DNA of 64,000 nucleotides from the NCBI GenBank assembly GCA_050273025.1, contig CP158635.1, positions 23,560,001 through 23,624,000 on the forward strand. Direction: 5' to 3'. The stretch comes from Cenococcum geophilum. Its lineage: Eukaryota. The notes below the pieces were generated by a model. The model did not search any database. It was given only the letters and a program-made list of their open reading frames with translations, and had not been told where the DNA came from. A program made the position numbers and the translations under genes. Shown here piece by piece: positions 1 through 14,589 of the stretch (the first letter of the stretch is position 1; every line of letters starts with the position of its first letter).

Positions 1-68
1 CAGGAGGATTTGGGATGCTATTTGGAATTGGGAGTCATGGGACGGCATGCTAATTGCAATTGGCACAG

Positions 69-811
69 TTTCTCAGTCAACATGTTCCCCCTCAACGTTG
101 ACCGGCTGCAAGACTGGATCGACCAAGGCAGACTCGACCCCTCCAAACCTATTACAATGAAGGAGCTCAACGACTCCCGCTGCCTGCACGGCGTCAAAGA
201 CGGTGTGAAATTACTTGCTCGGGTGCGTGGCCCTCTTCCCTCCGCCTGCACGCCGCACGCTGCACAGCCACGACCTGCACCGCCCCCCCCTCCCCGGGGG
301 GGAATCGTCAGCATTGCCTGACTAATGACGATATTTGTTGCTAATGCTGATATTCGATTCTCAACTATAGGGCTCGGAGCAGCTAAAGACGCCCGTCAAC
401 GTCATTGTCTCACGCGCCTCCGCCTCCGCCATCGCCGCCGTCGAAAGTGCCGGCGGCTCCGTCACCACGCGCTTCTACACCCCGGCCTCGATCAAGCGCG
501 TGCTGCGCGGCTTAGTCGATCCCGTCGTCTCGCTGCAGACTACCGTTCCATCGCTCGATGCCTTGGTGACTGAGACCGCGGGGGCTGCGCCGCTGGAGGC
601 GAAGAAGTATCCGTATAGGCTCCCCGATCCGACCAGTAGGAAGGATATAGAGTACTATAGGGACCCGGCACATCGAGGGTATCTAAGCCATCTGCTGGGT
701 AAGGGCGAGAGCCCGAGCTTGTTCTTCAAGGTGCCAGGGGCGCTGGGGTCGAAGAAGAAGGATGTGAATAAGAAGGCGAGTGCGGCGAAGGCGGAGAACA
801 GGATCTGGTGA
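69..811 (+). CDS. MRPL10: Mitochondrial large ribosomal subunit protein uL15 (YmL10-like), 5'-partial; exons 69-222, 371-811
   Basis: Spliced translation PLNVDRLQDWIDQGRLDPSKPITMKEL..GVKLLAR/GSEQLKTPVNVIVSRASASAIAAVESAGGSVTTRFY..YRLPDPTSRKDIEYYRDPAHRGYL. Intron GTGCGT 223 to TAG 370; upstream acceptor CAG at 66-68. Confidence 0.9.
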
Positions 812-3800
812 TAGGAGAAAATAGCGTGCTGGGAAAATGTACATTATTTTTGGGCTAAAATCGCTTTCATAATTAGAAAGTGAGAATATGCTGTGTATGA
901 TATGAGAGGGTTGGGCTGGACATTCGTCCAACAAAGAATCTTTGAGTGTGCGAGCCTTTGTTTGCTGTGCTACGGTATTGAGCTGCACTGCCGTGGGTTA
1001 GAGTTTTGCTTAGTTGATGTGGAGCATACATCCTGGCCACAAAGATTCAATATCCATTTGGTTTTATCCGTGAATTTTGCGGGACGTTCAACTCAACCTT
1101 GCTTCAGCGTCCCCCAAGCCCCTCAGTTACCTGGCTATGGTCGGACATGGTAAGACATAATTTCGAGTTATTCGAGGACTTCAGGAGGATCAGAATGCTA
1201 GACCGAAAGGCCTCCTGGATGTTGGAGGCATTGCCGGGATAAATTATGGTAATTTCAGCACATGAGACTCCAAGGGTTTCTGAAATCAGGTGATTGTGGA
1301 GTGATACTCCTTACGTTCACAACTATCCTCAGGATGAGTTATTGTGGTTGCAATTTAGGATGATGCTGGAATATTAGTTCTCGCCAGAAAGATGAAAGTG
1401 CAGCCGAGATATACGAAGGGCTCGACCCCACGCCATCGCTCCCTGCAGCGTTACACAGATCCATCGGACATCGCACTGAACAAATTTGGGCGAGTAAGGT
1501 CACCGGCTACATTCCATCGTATTGTAGGGTGGACTCGTGTACATTTGGGAATCTAGGGACAATTTCAGGGGCGTCAAGACATTGTAGCACTCGGCAACGC
1601 TGACTGAGGTACTATGCGCTGATTTGCATCTGGCTGGCCCAGCGGTCGGTGCATACGTACGAGGTATGGTAGATGATCGATATAGTACGGACCCGGGTAG
1701 AGGACCATGTCTGCAGAGTCATGTTCTCAGACAGGCGTGGTTTCTGTCAGACACGGTCGCTTCAATCCTCGTGTAACTCTTTTCCGAGACAAGTTAGAAG
1801 CAAAGTTGCAAAACGGTGATAATATGGAGTCAGGCTCCGCATGTATGTAGATCAGCCAGCTAGCCTAACGTTTTTCCTGTCTCGGATGCAGTCAAAGTGT
1901 AAATTTTTTGTAACTCATTGCGCTTTACGCGGATTCGCAGAAACTTGTTTGACGAGCATGCCCGACGTAAGACGGAAAACGATTTCGTTGTGCCCCGGAT
2001 CAGAGCTGACTGAGAAGAACCAAGGCTGGCAGGGGTACAGGCCGCGACAGAGTGATACGGCTTGCGGTAAATCTTGGAATAGGGGCACAAGGCGTTGAGC
2101 GGCGTTGCCCAATCGAGAGAATCAAGACAACGAGATGTTCAACCTACCTGCCCACGGATGACATGTGTATAAGCACTGGCCCGAGGGCTATTCAATGTCG
2201 GGCTGAAATGTTTTTATGGGTTACAGCCTTGTAGATGCGAGCCAGTGAAAACATTTCGCGCAACTCTAGACTCGATATTGCAGTTTGTCGCGGCATCCTA
2301 CTTTCTGCTGCCTGCCCTTCAGGAGAGATGGAAGGCGGCACAGCTCCCCAATAACATGACTAAATATCCATCCCGGCCAACGGTGGAAGAGCCGAGGGTA
2401 ATTCAGCCAACAAGGATCATTCACAACGGTTTTGGTGGTTGTACTGATGTAGGGAATTCCGTGCATTTGGCGTCGCGTCAGGGCTGAAAATTGATAGTCG
2501 ACGGAGACAACGCCGAACGATCTAGCCGACCCAGGGTGGAGGTGCGGAGGACCCCAATCATGCTAAAGGCCACCCCAGCAAGGTCTTCGGCGCTCCGTGA
2601 TTTTACCTTCGCGAAGGGAGATGAAAATCGACGATGAAAATCATGAGATATGAATAGTCGAAGGCCTAATCGTTGCCGCATCGGGGAGGTGAAAGGAGGA
2701 GGCGTGGGAATTTGCGGAGGCGTTTCGCCAGTCTGTCACCAGTATGCTGGAGACTAATTAAGGTAGCACATGATTCAGTCACCATAGCAGAGCCTGACCC
2801 AAATAATAATATCGTGCGCTTTTATTGGAACAGGGCCAGCGCATTTCGCAGGCTGATAAGTGGTCGAGGCAGGTCGAGGCCTGCTGCAATGTACCTGCGA
2901 TGGCTATCGAAACTTGGAACACCGCTACCTGGTGGTCACACCAACAAGGCTGGTCAATAGCACTACGAACCACTCACATGCCTGTATCGTCCGAACTACC
3001 ATAAGCAACGAGTAATGATCAATACTAAAACGCGTGGCGAGCTCCGCAAGATGCACATGGAAGTAGACTCCGAATTGGTGACAGGTCAGGGAAGTCCACA
3101 GCAGTCCTGTAAAGCAGCCCGTCCAGCAGTTCCGTCCAGCGGTCCAGCAGTCCAGCCCAGCATTAGGGCCAGCGCTTCTGCTCTGTTGGGTCAGCTGCAC
3201 ATCGGTGCGGGCGACGGCGACTCCAGACTGCCTTCGGGGGATTCAGATGCCACTATTGCTATTTGATCCCACGATCCGTAGGGAGAGACCGGCGGTGATG
3301 TGAGCTGAGCGTGTTTCGTATGCAGCCAGATCTGCCAGTTAGTTGAGGCAGCTCGCCCGTGACACAATCAGATGTACAACACAAAGAAAGTGCTGCCACA
3401 AGTGGTTGCATGCAAATGACACAATTGCAGTACGAAGTTATCAGCGAAAAGCCATCAGTGTTAGTTAGAGTCAGACCGGTGATGATTGCCTTGGACTCGG
3501 GTCGTTGTCCCATGGCTGAATGGATAATTTCTGCGATGAGTGGCGTCAAGGTGTTGAAGTGCACTACCAGGCCGAAGTGCACTACCAGGCCTTACTGCAT
3601 GAAGTCTGGCGCCTCTCAGCGCGACGAGTGCAGCGGGCTCGCCACACTCGTAACTTTACGGAAGCGGACATGGGGGAGCAGGCAGGGCGGTCGGTGGCCG
3701 TGTTCAAAGCCTTGACGCTTAACACTTGACGCTTGACGTTCGATGCTCCTCAAAGCACACACAGCGGCCGGGGGAGGGGGCAGAAGTCGTGGCATATGTG

Positions 3801-6800
3801 TAAGCTGCAGCGGCTTAGCTATGGTTGCTGGCCGCTGGCCTGACTAATGCCCGCTGCCAGCTGCTCGCAAGACTACGGGAAAACTAGAGAAAGTGACATC
3901 TCCGACTCCACTTTTTGAGGCGTTGTTATCGGAGCAAATCGGTGAGATGAAGCTTTGTGCAGAGATGCAAATGTCGAAGGGGGCAACCTGGGGCTACTAC
4001 TTGGGCTACCGCTAGGGCTACTGGGGCTAGAAGTTTGAAGCCTTCTACGCGCGGACTTTTCACGGCCATCGATCAGCACGCAAAGCAGTGGCAGCCAGTC
4101 AGCAAGGTTTTTCCACGCCTCTGACGGTCTAGGGCGGGCACGAAGTGGTCGGAAATGGCTGTCGCATGAGGAAGAAACGCACTAGGAGTCTGCCGGGAAT
4201 CTTATGTTAGGCTCGGCATGCGCTTCAATTCCTTGTCGCGACGAGGCAGCCGAAATAATCACGTCGATAATCATGACAAGTCGACAAAGAGCCCATCGAG
4301 CCACAGAGCCACTGAGCGTCTCCGTTCCAAGGCGCGGTACGTCTCAGGCGCCGAGCCGTGGGCAACTAATAATGCTTCCCGATCTCACCTAGCTCGTCTT
4401 ACCCTCAACGCATGAGCGCGTCGTCGTCTGGCGTGGCCACCTCGAATAAATAACTTTGCGCGTGTGGGAATAAACCTAGCCATAGTGCTACCCGTATGAC
4501 TTGCCCCATCCCTCACCGACCGAAGCCACTCACACGATCTCCACTCTATTATCGGTTTCTCGGAACTCGCGGTGTATCATGGATTCTGGATTCACTCCAT
4601 TTACGAGCCCGCCAAGGACATGATGAGCCAGCTGCCGAATGCATCATTGCCGCAATCCTACCATGGTGATCGTATCACGCCCGAGCAGGCTTCCCCCCTT
4701 CAGCCCGCCATCTGCCCACCCAACACCAACGCCAGCCTCTTTCAAACACCCGTTTGGTGGTTGTGCATGCCCTGTTGTTGTGCCCCTCAACGGGACTGTA
4801 CTTTTTTTTCTGGCTGGGAGCAGACTCACCAACACCATACCTCCACCAGCCAAACAACGCCCGCCGTTGGCGTCGGTGGTCGCATTGCGGTCCAGGCAGA
4901 ACTGACCAATCCGTCCAATGAGCAATAACCAGCGAATCACCGATCAAGCGAAGCATAGAACTGCTTTGAATCATGATCCACTAAAGGGCGGCACTGGAGG
5001 GGTCGCTCGTTGGCCGTTGCGTCTCCTTGTGTTGCGCCTCCAGCTTCGAGAAATGCATTATCATAGGCGTATTTTATCAATGGATAGCACTTTAGTGCTT
5101 CTTCTCCTGAACCGGGGGATCCGGTACGAGTATCTTGCCATGCCACACAAATGCCCACACGATCTGGAGAAGCGCCAAGGTGAATGGCGACCCGAAAAGC
5201 AATACCTGCTTGTTGGAGGAGTGATTTGCGAACCGCGGGAAGAGGCTTCGCGAGTTGGTTGCTCGGTTGCATTCTACGCCCCCCCCCCGCCTGGTGTCAG
5301 AGCAAATTGTCGTCCACCCGCCGTAATCATGAGGAGCGCCTGGTTGTAGACTAGCAGTGGAAACAAAAAAGCCCGCGGATGGCTAGCTCAGGCAGGACAA
5401 GCTCGGGGCCGGCCACGGAATTGAGTGAGGGCGCGGGTATCGATACGTGTTTCGCAGGGGTGCAAGTAGGCGGTCCTGCGGTGCAGATTGCCTCAACTTG
5501 GAACTGTAAAAATCTGGCCTCTCGCCGTGCCGGTTCTAGCTCCGATCCATGCGCGCCGCTGATTCGCCGGTGGCCGGCGGAGGGAGGCCTCACAGGATGC
5601 AAATAATTTGCAAGAGGATTCTTTCGATCAGCATGGTGAGCGGCGTTGGACAGGGTTTTGGCTCGGGAATAGATGACTTAAGGTAAGACAGCAATTAGGC
5701 CAGCGAGCCACGGCGGCTTGTTCGTATTGATTTTCAGGTTGCGGGCGAGGGCGAAACAGCTGGAAGCACAGCGTGCTTGCTTGCGTGCTTGCGTGCAGGC
5801 TTTGGGGGTGTGTCCTCCTCAGCAAGTCGCAGGGAAGGCAGCGTCCCTACGCAGTCGAACCAGGCAAATCAGACACGGCATGAGCGGAATGATGCACTCT
5901 CAAATTCCATTCCAGACCATCCTTCCCGACCATCTGATGATTTGATGATTCGATGAGTGATGGATTGACGATGCTCGTGCCTCTCTCCCGTGCTTGCTTT
6001 CCTGTGCTTTGCCTCTCCGCCGGCCGGCCTGCCAGTACTGGTGCTGTGTTGCGCAGCGCTGTCAAGTCTCTGCGGCGGTAGCAGAAACTTAGATGCTCGA
6101 TCCAGCCTAGAGACTCCAAAGCAGGCTGGTCCGGCGTCGCGGGATTCGTGGCAGCGATGGCGAGCGGTGGCAGCAGCGGTGGAGAGTGTCTGGTCCTGCT
6201 TGCTCCTAGGTTGCCCTCACGCTCCGCCTTTGTGCAGCAGCCCGTCTGCGTAAGGGACCTTGAAAGCGCGCTCAACAGCCGTGTGGGCCGCCCAAGGTTT
6301 CTAGCAGCACGCAGCCAGGCAAGCCCGCTCAACCCAGCGCGGCATTGCCCTCCAAAAAGGCCGTGCTCGCGGCCAATCAGCAGGCGCGGCAGACGTTGCT
6401 GGCAAGGACTGGAGATCTTTTGCGGGCGCATGCTAGGGCAGCATCGGGCATAGCTCTGGGTCAGATGCTGGAGCTGATAGAGCTGATGTGATGGACCGCA
6501 GCGGTGCCAGTCACTTCATTAATTCCCTGACGCGAAGCGAAAAGAGTGTGCGCGTTCAGACGTCCGTCCTGCGCCAACACCACCATGACCACCATGTCCT
6601 ATCCTGGCGGGCTCCAGAGGGCTTTAGTAGCGAATCCCACGGAATGCGGCGTCTCTGCTTGCAACGCCCGCCTATGCTTGTCCTGCTCGTCCTGCTCGTC
6701 CCATAATTAACCCGTTGGTGGGCGGTCCCTTTCCTCTTCGGCCCTTGTAGCTTGCATACCACCCCACCGGCGTCAAGGCGCGGTTGATGTCAGAACCTGC

Positions 6801-7328
6801 TTCTCATTTTGGATCAGCCTCTTGGGGCGCTGTGCCAATGCCTGGAACCTTCCGAGCTCATAGACACAGTCCACGGAGTCGTGAATAATGTTTTATCAAA
6901 ACCCAACGGCCCCAAATACGGAAAGCGAACCGCCTCAAACCTTGCGACTGCCTATGCTAACCTTTGACGGCTTCACTTCTTTATCCTGCTTGCCTCCCGC
7001 CTTGGACTTCCTCACTTGCTCTATCACCACAGCCTTCCTCCCTAGTGTCAGCGTTGCACTTGGACAATCGACATATTTGCTGGCATACCTTCATTCATTG
7101 AAGGCCTCCTTGCTTCATATATCGGGCACCGCAACACGCTGCTGGACTGCTTCGCCCTGTTTGCATTTCACCCATTCTGGCAATGCCGTGAAGTCAACCG
7201 GAACCAATCTCCCCTCAGCAGCCACTCAGACGCCGGCTCGCCTTTAATACTCTCTGCCAGGCCGTCAATATCAACACTCTGACACCCACGCCAACCTTCC
7301 TCCCAAACCCTCCACCAAGACAGCCCAC

Positions 7329-9343
7329 ATGCTCGAACTACAACTACCCCAACCAATGCCTCACGCTATATCCTCCGAGCGACCTTTCAACTACTTTCCT
7401 CACCCGCCGACTTCGAAGCACGAACAAACAAGACTGCCGCTGCCCAAACCGAATTCAAGAGCAGACCCCATATTCGCTGCCTCCGGTCCCCGGAGACCTC
7501 TTACCCCCCCTACGGACATGCCTGGCTCAGCTGTCGGGTCTGTATCTTTATACCAGTATGGGACCAGGAGAGGAGAGGTAGCTCCTAGCAGTCGAGGGCA
7601 CAATGGAACTGCAACTTCATATTCAAATATGAATGGCCCGAATTATCAAGTTCCTAGTCAAGTGGGCTCAAGGCCTATAATTGCTCCAAGTCCATCTTCA
7701 TCGCGTGCTCAAGGATCCAGCCAAGAATCGGCCCATCGAAGAAAAACGTCTAATAATATCATTGCTCCTAACTTAAAAACTCCAGCAACGATCCTAACTC
7801 CCCAGGAGGGCTTACCACAACTTGCTGCAGAAGTTTGTCACCTCGGCAGTATTTTTGCTGATTTTGAGATTACTAACCATATATCTGCAGATTACGTGCC
7901 TCTTCTGGTTTGAGAACTCATCCACGCTCAAGCAAGTTCTGGAACCAGGCTCCCCTCGTTTCCCTACCGGCCCTCTAGTTCCAGACGCTATACCAACCAC
8001 TGGCTTTAGAAAATGGGTTGCCACGATTTTGACGACAACTCAGGTGGCTCAAAATGTCATTCTGCTTGCTCTCATGTTCATCTACAGGCTCAAGCAGATC
8101 AACCCGAGTGTAAAAGGGAAGCCAGGCAGCGAGTACAGGCTTTTGACAGTGGCTTTGATGCTAGGAAACAAATGTAAGCCCTCCATAAACCCATCCCACT
8201 CACATTCTAATTTCCTCGCCCGCAGTCCTGGATGACAACACCTACACGAATAAGACGTGGGCCGAGGTATCGGGCATCTCGGTTTTGGAAGTGCATATCA
8301 TGGAGGTAGAATTTCTCAGCAACATGAGATATAGCTTGTTCACCTCACAGAAAGAGTGGAAAGAATGGCATGTCACACTTGGAAATTTTGGAACGTTCTT
8401 CGACCGAGCATCTCGAATGCCTTCTGAATCAGCACGAAGCCCGATCGGCCCACCTACGCCTTCTCTGCAAATCCCTCCTGCCCTTCTGCCGTCTCCACCA
8501 ACTTCTCTCCATACCTCTCCTCCGGTTATGACACACTACTCGCCGAATCGTTCACAGTATTCCAATACCCCCATGCTTCATCCCCAGGCCAACTCAACTG
8601 CTGTGTCACCGATAGGACCTCTCCCGGAACTTGGTCCCATCACTAGAAAGCGTAGCTACGACCAGTCCTTAGAGCCCCCTCCAAAGAGACAAGCTCAAGG
8701 ATTCACGCAGCCACCTAGCAGCAACGGCATTATGATTCCCTCTTTACAAACACCTCATGACAGGCGGCTTGAGGGATCTGGAAACATGCCACGACTCCCT
8801 CCTCTTCCAACCCTATCCATTCCCCCTCCACAGAATAGCCACGTTCCTATTCAGTTGGCTGGAGGTCCCCAGCTACCAAGAACAATGTCAATGGTATACC
8901 CGCCTCCAGTACAGTGGAGCCAACCATACTCATTGCCCTCAACATCCGCCCCAGCACACACCACCACGAATACACCCACGGCTGGAGATCGTTCAAGGCA
9001 GGTTAGCCCTTTCCCAACAAGTTCTGCTAGCTCTTCACCCGTCAGCGCAACGTTTCCTTCTTCGAACCAAAACCGACTGTCGCCTTCGTTTTTCCTCTCT
9101 CAGAGACAGTCACCATATCGGCCCGTACGAAGTGTGACCACTTTGCTTGTCCCGCCTCCTTCATCCTCGATGCATAATCCAGCACGACATATTGCATTTG
9201 ATCAGATGCAATATCAACCTTTAGGAAGGCCAATTAACGAGCGACGAGTGGGGCCTTTGCCGTACATGCATCATGAAGCATGGCCGGAGACGAATCAGTT
9301 CAACCAGCTACCAGTCTTACCGCAACCCAATTTTCACCGATAA
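7329..9343 (+). CDS. Clg1/Pcl (Pho80-family) cyclin-like protein with Pro/Ser-rich tail; exons 7329-7832, 7891-8173, 8226-9343
   Basis: Spliced cyclin box GLPQLAAE/ITCLFWFE..FRKWVATILTTTQVAQNVILLALMFIYRLK..GSEYRLLTVALMLGNK/FLDDNTYTNKTWAEVSG..EVHIMEVEFL. Both introns are GT..AG. Start codon uncertain. Confidence 0.88.
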
Positions 9344-12224
9344 TTAGCTGGAAGTCATGCGGTTGTCAGCTAAGCGATCACGTGAGAAGACCTATCACAA
9401 GCCTGAGGGGTCGTTTTCGAAAATCAACAAAAATTTCTGTCGCTTCATTGGAATTCCAATGGACTCAATCATACTACTGGTTGAGATGTCTTAGTTCTCT
9501 GTATGATACTATTGGTGCATTTCACGCCCTGTTTATGGCTTTTAGTGCCAATGAAAAAGGCGTCATCCACCTACCTCGAGCTTTACTTTTGATCTGCTGC
9601 GTTTAAGCGTTTGCATTGCATTCGGCTGGGTCTTTTTTTTACGTTGAGCACATCACGATCGCGACCAAGCTCGTCTTGTGTCCATGTCTGTGACTTTTAC
9701 AGCCGGCATCATACAATATTTGCATCTGTTTGGCGTTTTATCTATGGGCCATCGTGATGATTAATCTCGATGTTAACCCTACCCTTCAAGGGTTCGGAAT
9801 GGGACTGGCGTTTTTTCATTAAGCGGGATAGATATGTAACATAGTTGGCTGCCCCGACGGCTCCACCTTGCATTTCACGGAGGTTTACCCCTCGTTATTG
9901 GAGGGAACTGAGGGTCACCTAGCCGGCCCAGTCCAGGTTCCAGGTAACACATTAGTTGATCGCGAGCAGATAATACCATGGCTTCTAGTGCTTTCACAAG
10001 CCTGAGCCTTTTTCTGGTCTCAAAAGTTCTCCTATCTTGGTGATTAGCATACGCATCGTGACAGGCTACGTAATGACCTTCCGACGGATCCGTTCGCACG
10101 TGGACATAGTGGTTGATAGTCAGGTGGCGCATTCGGATATTCTTTCCACCCCGGAATTCCTGCTCGCTTTCTTGCTCTCTCAAACGCCATGCCCTCCATC
10201 ACTCCAATAAGACTAGAGGGATTTCAAGACATCGTCACAGCTTCCAGGCCTAAATAAGACTGCCTCGGACGTCCTCACCTTGCCGATCTAACCAGGGTCT
10301 TTCATAACTTGAGTTGCTGACAACCGGTCCTCAGCCTCGCGCAGATCTTCTGCCAACCAAAACACGGCAAGCTCTCAAACCATCCATCTCGCTAACCTTT
10401 TACCAGAACCTCTCCACCATCACCGCAAACCCCCTTTCATCTCCGCACTCTGCACAGCACACCCTCACTCTCCGCCCCCGAAAGGCTATCCGCAATAGCT
10501 AGGCGGCCGCCTGCTACTGCTGCTGCTGCTCCCCACCCTGTCCCGCAGAAGAAGCAAAGAATAGATTAAACCTTCCGCACCGTACCTGCAGGCGCCGTCA
10601 CGGGCGTGGCGGCGCTGTCCCTGCAGCCAGGCCCGTGCGCGAGCCGTCCACGTTTTGGCAGCGTGTCTTCACTGCAGAAATTATTTTCCCTCCGTCCTGC
10701 AGCCGGTTCACAGTGGCGCGCCGCGCCAGAAGAGAGCCAAAGCAAGCGCAGACGATCGGAAGCTGCGAACTCTAAATGTTGGTTCGGGTTCCCAAGGCGG
10801 GTTCGTCTCCGCGGGGACGCGGGTTTTTCAGGGGGGGTGCAGCGGTTTGGCCTAATTGGCGGGACGTTCGCAGTTGTGTGGCGGGTGAGTTTTGTTTTTG
10901 GGGACTGCAGGGCTTGCTCGGTCAAGGCTGGCTTAATTCAGGTTTTATCGTGAACCAGTTGATCTACTGTTTGTGCATGCATTGAGCGGTCTTTGAGTTT
11001 GGAAGGGCCACATTGGCATGACCGCAGCAGCTGAAGCAATTGTGGGCGTGCAATTCATCGTCGATTCCTAAACGGGTAATTCCTAGTATTCAAAGGCTCA
11101 CTTCTCCCCCCTCCATCGCTTATATCCTCCTGATCAATCTGCTCAATACCATATATCGTCCACTACAGTTTCCTTATCTGTCTTCAGCTACATAATCCAT
11201 GCATATCTCCACCTGATTTACTTCTTCCCGCTCATTCTTTCGAATGCATTGGCAGGTTCCGGATTACTTCAAAGTGCGCCTCATTCTTATCCCTTTCGTA
11301 CTTCCTTAGGTCAATCTCTTTGTCCGAACCAAAAAGACCCCCATGATGATTTCCAGGTCCTGCTTCAGGATACGAATACCTATGAGCTTCAATGCGAGCG
11401 CAGCCACTTGTTCAGCTCCCCACGTACATGCATGTTCACATCACAAAGCATATTCAATAGAACACAGACTATTTTTCTCATGTGCGCAATTTTGGCTTGT
11501 GCTCCGGGGACATCAAAAACCATCTCGCAGAAAAGCGGGCGGCAACTGAGAGCAGTGCTTCGATTTAACAGTACCCCTTTATGCTTTACTACCAGTCTAC
11601 CTTGATTCACAGCCCTCCCTCCTTTACTCTCACTGCGAGCTAGGACTTCTCTTCGCGGAGCCTACAACCCAACTGTCATTTCACTAACTATTGCTTACGA
11701 GACTTCTGCAATTGTAGATCTTTTAATGGACACACTAAGTTTTTCTCCCCGATACCCAAATTTCGTATCGACCTGTGAAACCCGAACGCTTCGTGTCCAG
11801 ATTCCAACTCATTCGAATCAACAACCTGTCTATCATCGTATTTCAAATGTTTCTGGCTTAGTTCCGAGCTCATTCTGAACACGAATGGCTTCTCCACCCA
11901 TCATACCGTGCAAATAGCATGTCGAAAGGCGAAAGGGGCCTAGTTCAGGGGTTCTACGTAGGGGGTCACTCCCCCCTACGTAAATAGCCTAGATTCTCAT
12001 AGATTGATCCTCACACGAGTTCTGACATAGCATGCGCCAGTAAGCTTGTTCTAATAGGGGCTAATCTTTATGCCCTGGTCGTAGTTTGTCGATGCAGATG
12101 AGCGAATCCGCTTGAAGCGAAACTGTATCCATCTCAATCTAGGGTTGGGACGTCGCAGGAAGGACCGATGGTATAGGTGTAATACAAGAGCGATGATAAG
12201 GAGACTTTTGAACCCCAAATTTTG

Positions 12225-12752
12225 CTATGATCCTACATTATAGGAGCCGTATATTAGGGCTACACAGGACACAGGACACACATAGCGAAATGATGTAGGG
12301 TCATTAGGCACAGGCATTCGGACAAGCTTGAGTACGTCAGTTTTCAGCATCCCTCGACGAATGTCTTTGATACATACTGTTCTGTTGCATCTGGCACAAC
12401 GAGGAATATCACTTCCGCCATTTCCACCAGAAATTGGCTGTTCCGCTAGTCGAGGTGGAAGGCAGGTTGTCGGAGGCCGTTGTCCTCGTTCTTCGATACC
12501 TCCAGCGCAAGAGGTATAATCGGTATAAGGGGGGTCATAAAGGGGCCAAGGGCCCTCTCGTGGGGTCTCGTGAAGCCATCTTTCTATCGGACTTTTGGAA
12601 ATAGTTTCATGTTGAGACCTCAGATTGTCCTCACTGAGCTGCACGGAGGACGCGGACTCCGATGAGAATGGGATTTCTCGCAGCCCCTCGGGGTGCCCCA
12701 GCTCATTCTTGCTGTTGCCTGATGAGCTCTGCTGATATGGGGAAGCCATCAC
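12225..12752 (-). CDS. Hypothetical protein (Ser-rich, CxxC near the end); 3' exon structure uncertain
   Basis: 175-aa ORF starting with ATG, divergent from the DUF6594 gene; a GTATGT donor-like site follows RCARCNRT. No family recognised. Confidence 0.35.
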   Translation of the reverse strand: MMASPYQQSSSGNSKNELGHPEGLREIPFSSESASSVQLSEDNLRSQHETISKSPIERWLHETPREGPWPLYDPPYTDYTSCAGGIEERGQRPPTTCLPPRLAEQPISGGNGGSDIPRCARCNRTVCIKDIRRGMLKTDVLKLVRMPVPNDPTSFRYVCPVSCVALIYGSYNVGS

Positions 12753-13070
12753 TCATAGTTTCGTAAGTTTAAATGATGTTTCTGGAACAGGGGTAATGGC
12801 CTCTCCCAGCAGTTGAAGATCTGCCCCGCACATCATGTGATAACTTTTCTTTGCTTTTCTCTGTGGAGAGAGCCTTGCGACTCTTTTAAACTTTCTCCCA
12901 ATTTCCACTCGAGATGTTGTAATGTTGCGCACGCATACTCCTTTATCCGAAACATGTATCTGCCTATTAGGAGCATGAAGCCTATCGACTCCCTATCAAC
13001 CATTCCGAAATATCCCCAGCCCTTCTTTACTGCCGCAGAAGCCAAATCGCTCTTCTACTGATGGACCAGC

Positions 13071-14017
13071 ATGACTGGGATAGTATCAGAAGAAGAAAAG
13101 CTCAAGAAACCTTGGAAATTCGAAGGATATCCAGGCTTTTCGAAATGGATGGCCTCATCGGAAGACTTCCTCATATTTCGACGGTTCAACGACTTGAACG
13201 TCAGAGCTATGCTCCTCATGCAAGACCGTATCGCCAGAAAAGAAGAGGAGCTACGGAACATAGATGAAGACGCTCGGATGGGGCCTGATGATATGGGCGA
13301 TTCAAGCTCATTGCGTTACGAGCCGCAGAAAGATCGAGAGAAGATCCTGGATGAGCTGATTCCTATGCTTCAGCGATACAGTAAGGCCAGCCGCCGTTCT
13401 CATAAGAATCAAACTAATTAGGTACATCAGATGAGTACATGTTATCTTTTTCACAAATAAGGACCTGGCGTTCGGCGCAGAAATATCAAATCGAAAATAT
13501 TGAAGCATGGTTCTGGAATCACCCAACCGCTATTGTAAAAGAAGAACAAGAGTTTGTGCGGAAAGCGGGTGATGTAGTAGCACTCGTGGCTCGGGTCAAG
13601 TCTCCGCTTCGCCTCCTGCTCGAGAAGTTCCGTCCGTTGCTTACCTGTAGCTTGTTTCGAGCGAAGCAGCGGACGGACCAGGTCCAGTCACCTACGACGT
13701 CATACTACAGTAATGCAAAGTTCGATGCCTTCGTTACTGCAGTTCTCATCTTCTCTGGTATCTTGTTGTTGTTGGGGCCGATGTGGACTCTCCAATATAT
13801 GACGAATAATACCAAACGTTTGGGGGTAATTACTGCATTTATCTTACTATTCACCTCCCTACTTGCGAGTGCAACTGTAGCGAAGCCATTTGAAGTACTG
13901 GCTGCTACTGCCGCGTAAGTACCTTTCCTAATCGCAAGACTAAGCAAAGAATATGCTAATGAATTTTGAAGCTACTCTGCAGTTTTGATGGTCTTTCTTC
14001 AAATCGGTAATCGATAG
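13071..14017 (+). CDS. DUF6594-family membrane protein; exons 13071-13380, 13431-13914, 13972-14017
   Basis: N-terminal GYPGFSKWMAS..DFLIFRRFNDLNVRAMLLMQDRI motif; C-terminal hydrophobic helices ending FEVLAATAAYSAVLMVF; two canonical introns with GTAAG donors. Confidence 0.85.
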
Positions 14018-14589
14018 ACTTCAGTTCTATCCGTATTTGATAAAGAAACTCAGCTTTATGTCGCTAATCGGGATTCGGAAATGAAGCCTTATCGTCCCGA
14101 TCATCCCAGAACTACACCCTGGTTCCCAATCGAACTCTTAGCGAAGATGACTTTATTGAGAATGTCCCATACCTTTCTCAAGCGTATGTATCATTCCATG
14201 CCAATATACTCGTAGGTTACAGCGTGAATCGGTAATGCTGCGAAGCTTTTTCTCGGAGAATATTTCGGAATGGTGTGCCTTCTACGCAGCCCTAGGCATT
14301 GACGTGGTCGAGTGAGTCTATTTCAGATCTTGAAATGTATGCAAAGCTACATTAGTATACATTAAGCAATAAGCTTCCTGGCTACGTCTTCCGTCGAATA
14401 TCTTAAGGATAAATAGAGTCGTGTTCACGCACGTGAGTGACCGCCCATGGTTCTCAAACGCACGGGCCTCCAACGACGAGCATTTAAAGAAGCCTCTATG
14501 CCTGCCTAATCTAGAACAGGACTTTCATACGCACCTAACGAACATAATTTCCCATGATACCTTGAAACCCAGCTAGGAACGCAGCAACA

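Noticed and set aside
10189..10560. Possible small spliced gene (ATG plus branch/acceptor-like sites)
   Set aside because: Early stop and no convincing donor sites or recognisable protein.
11955..11982. 11-bp perfect inverted repeat TACGTAGGGGG/CCCCCTACGTA
   Set aside because: Isolated, with no TSD or second copy; no function can be supported.
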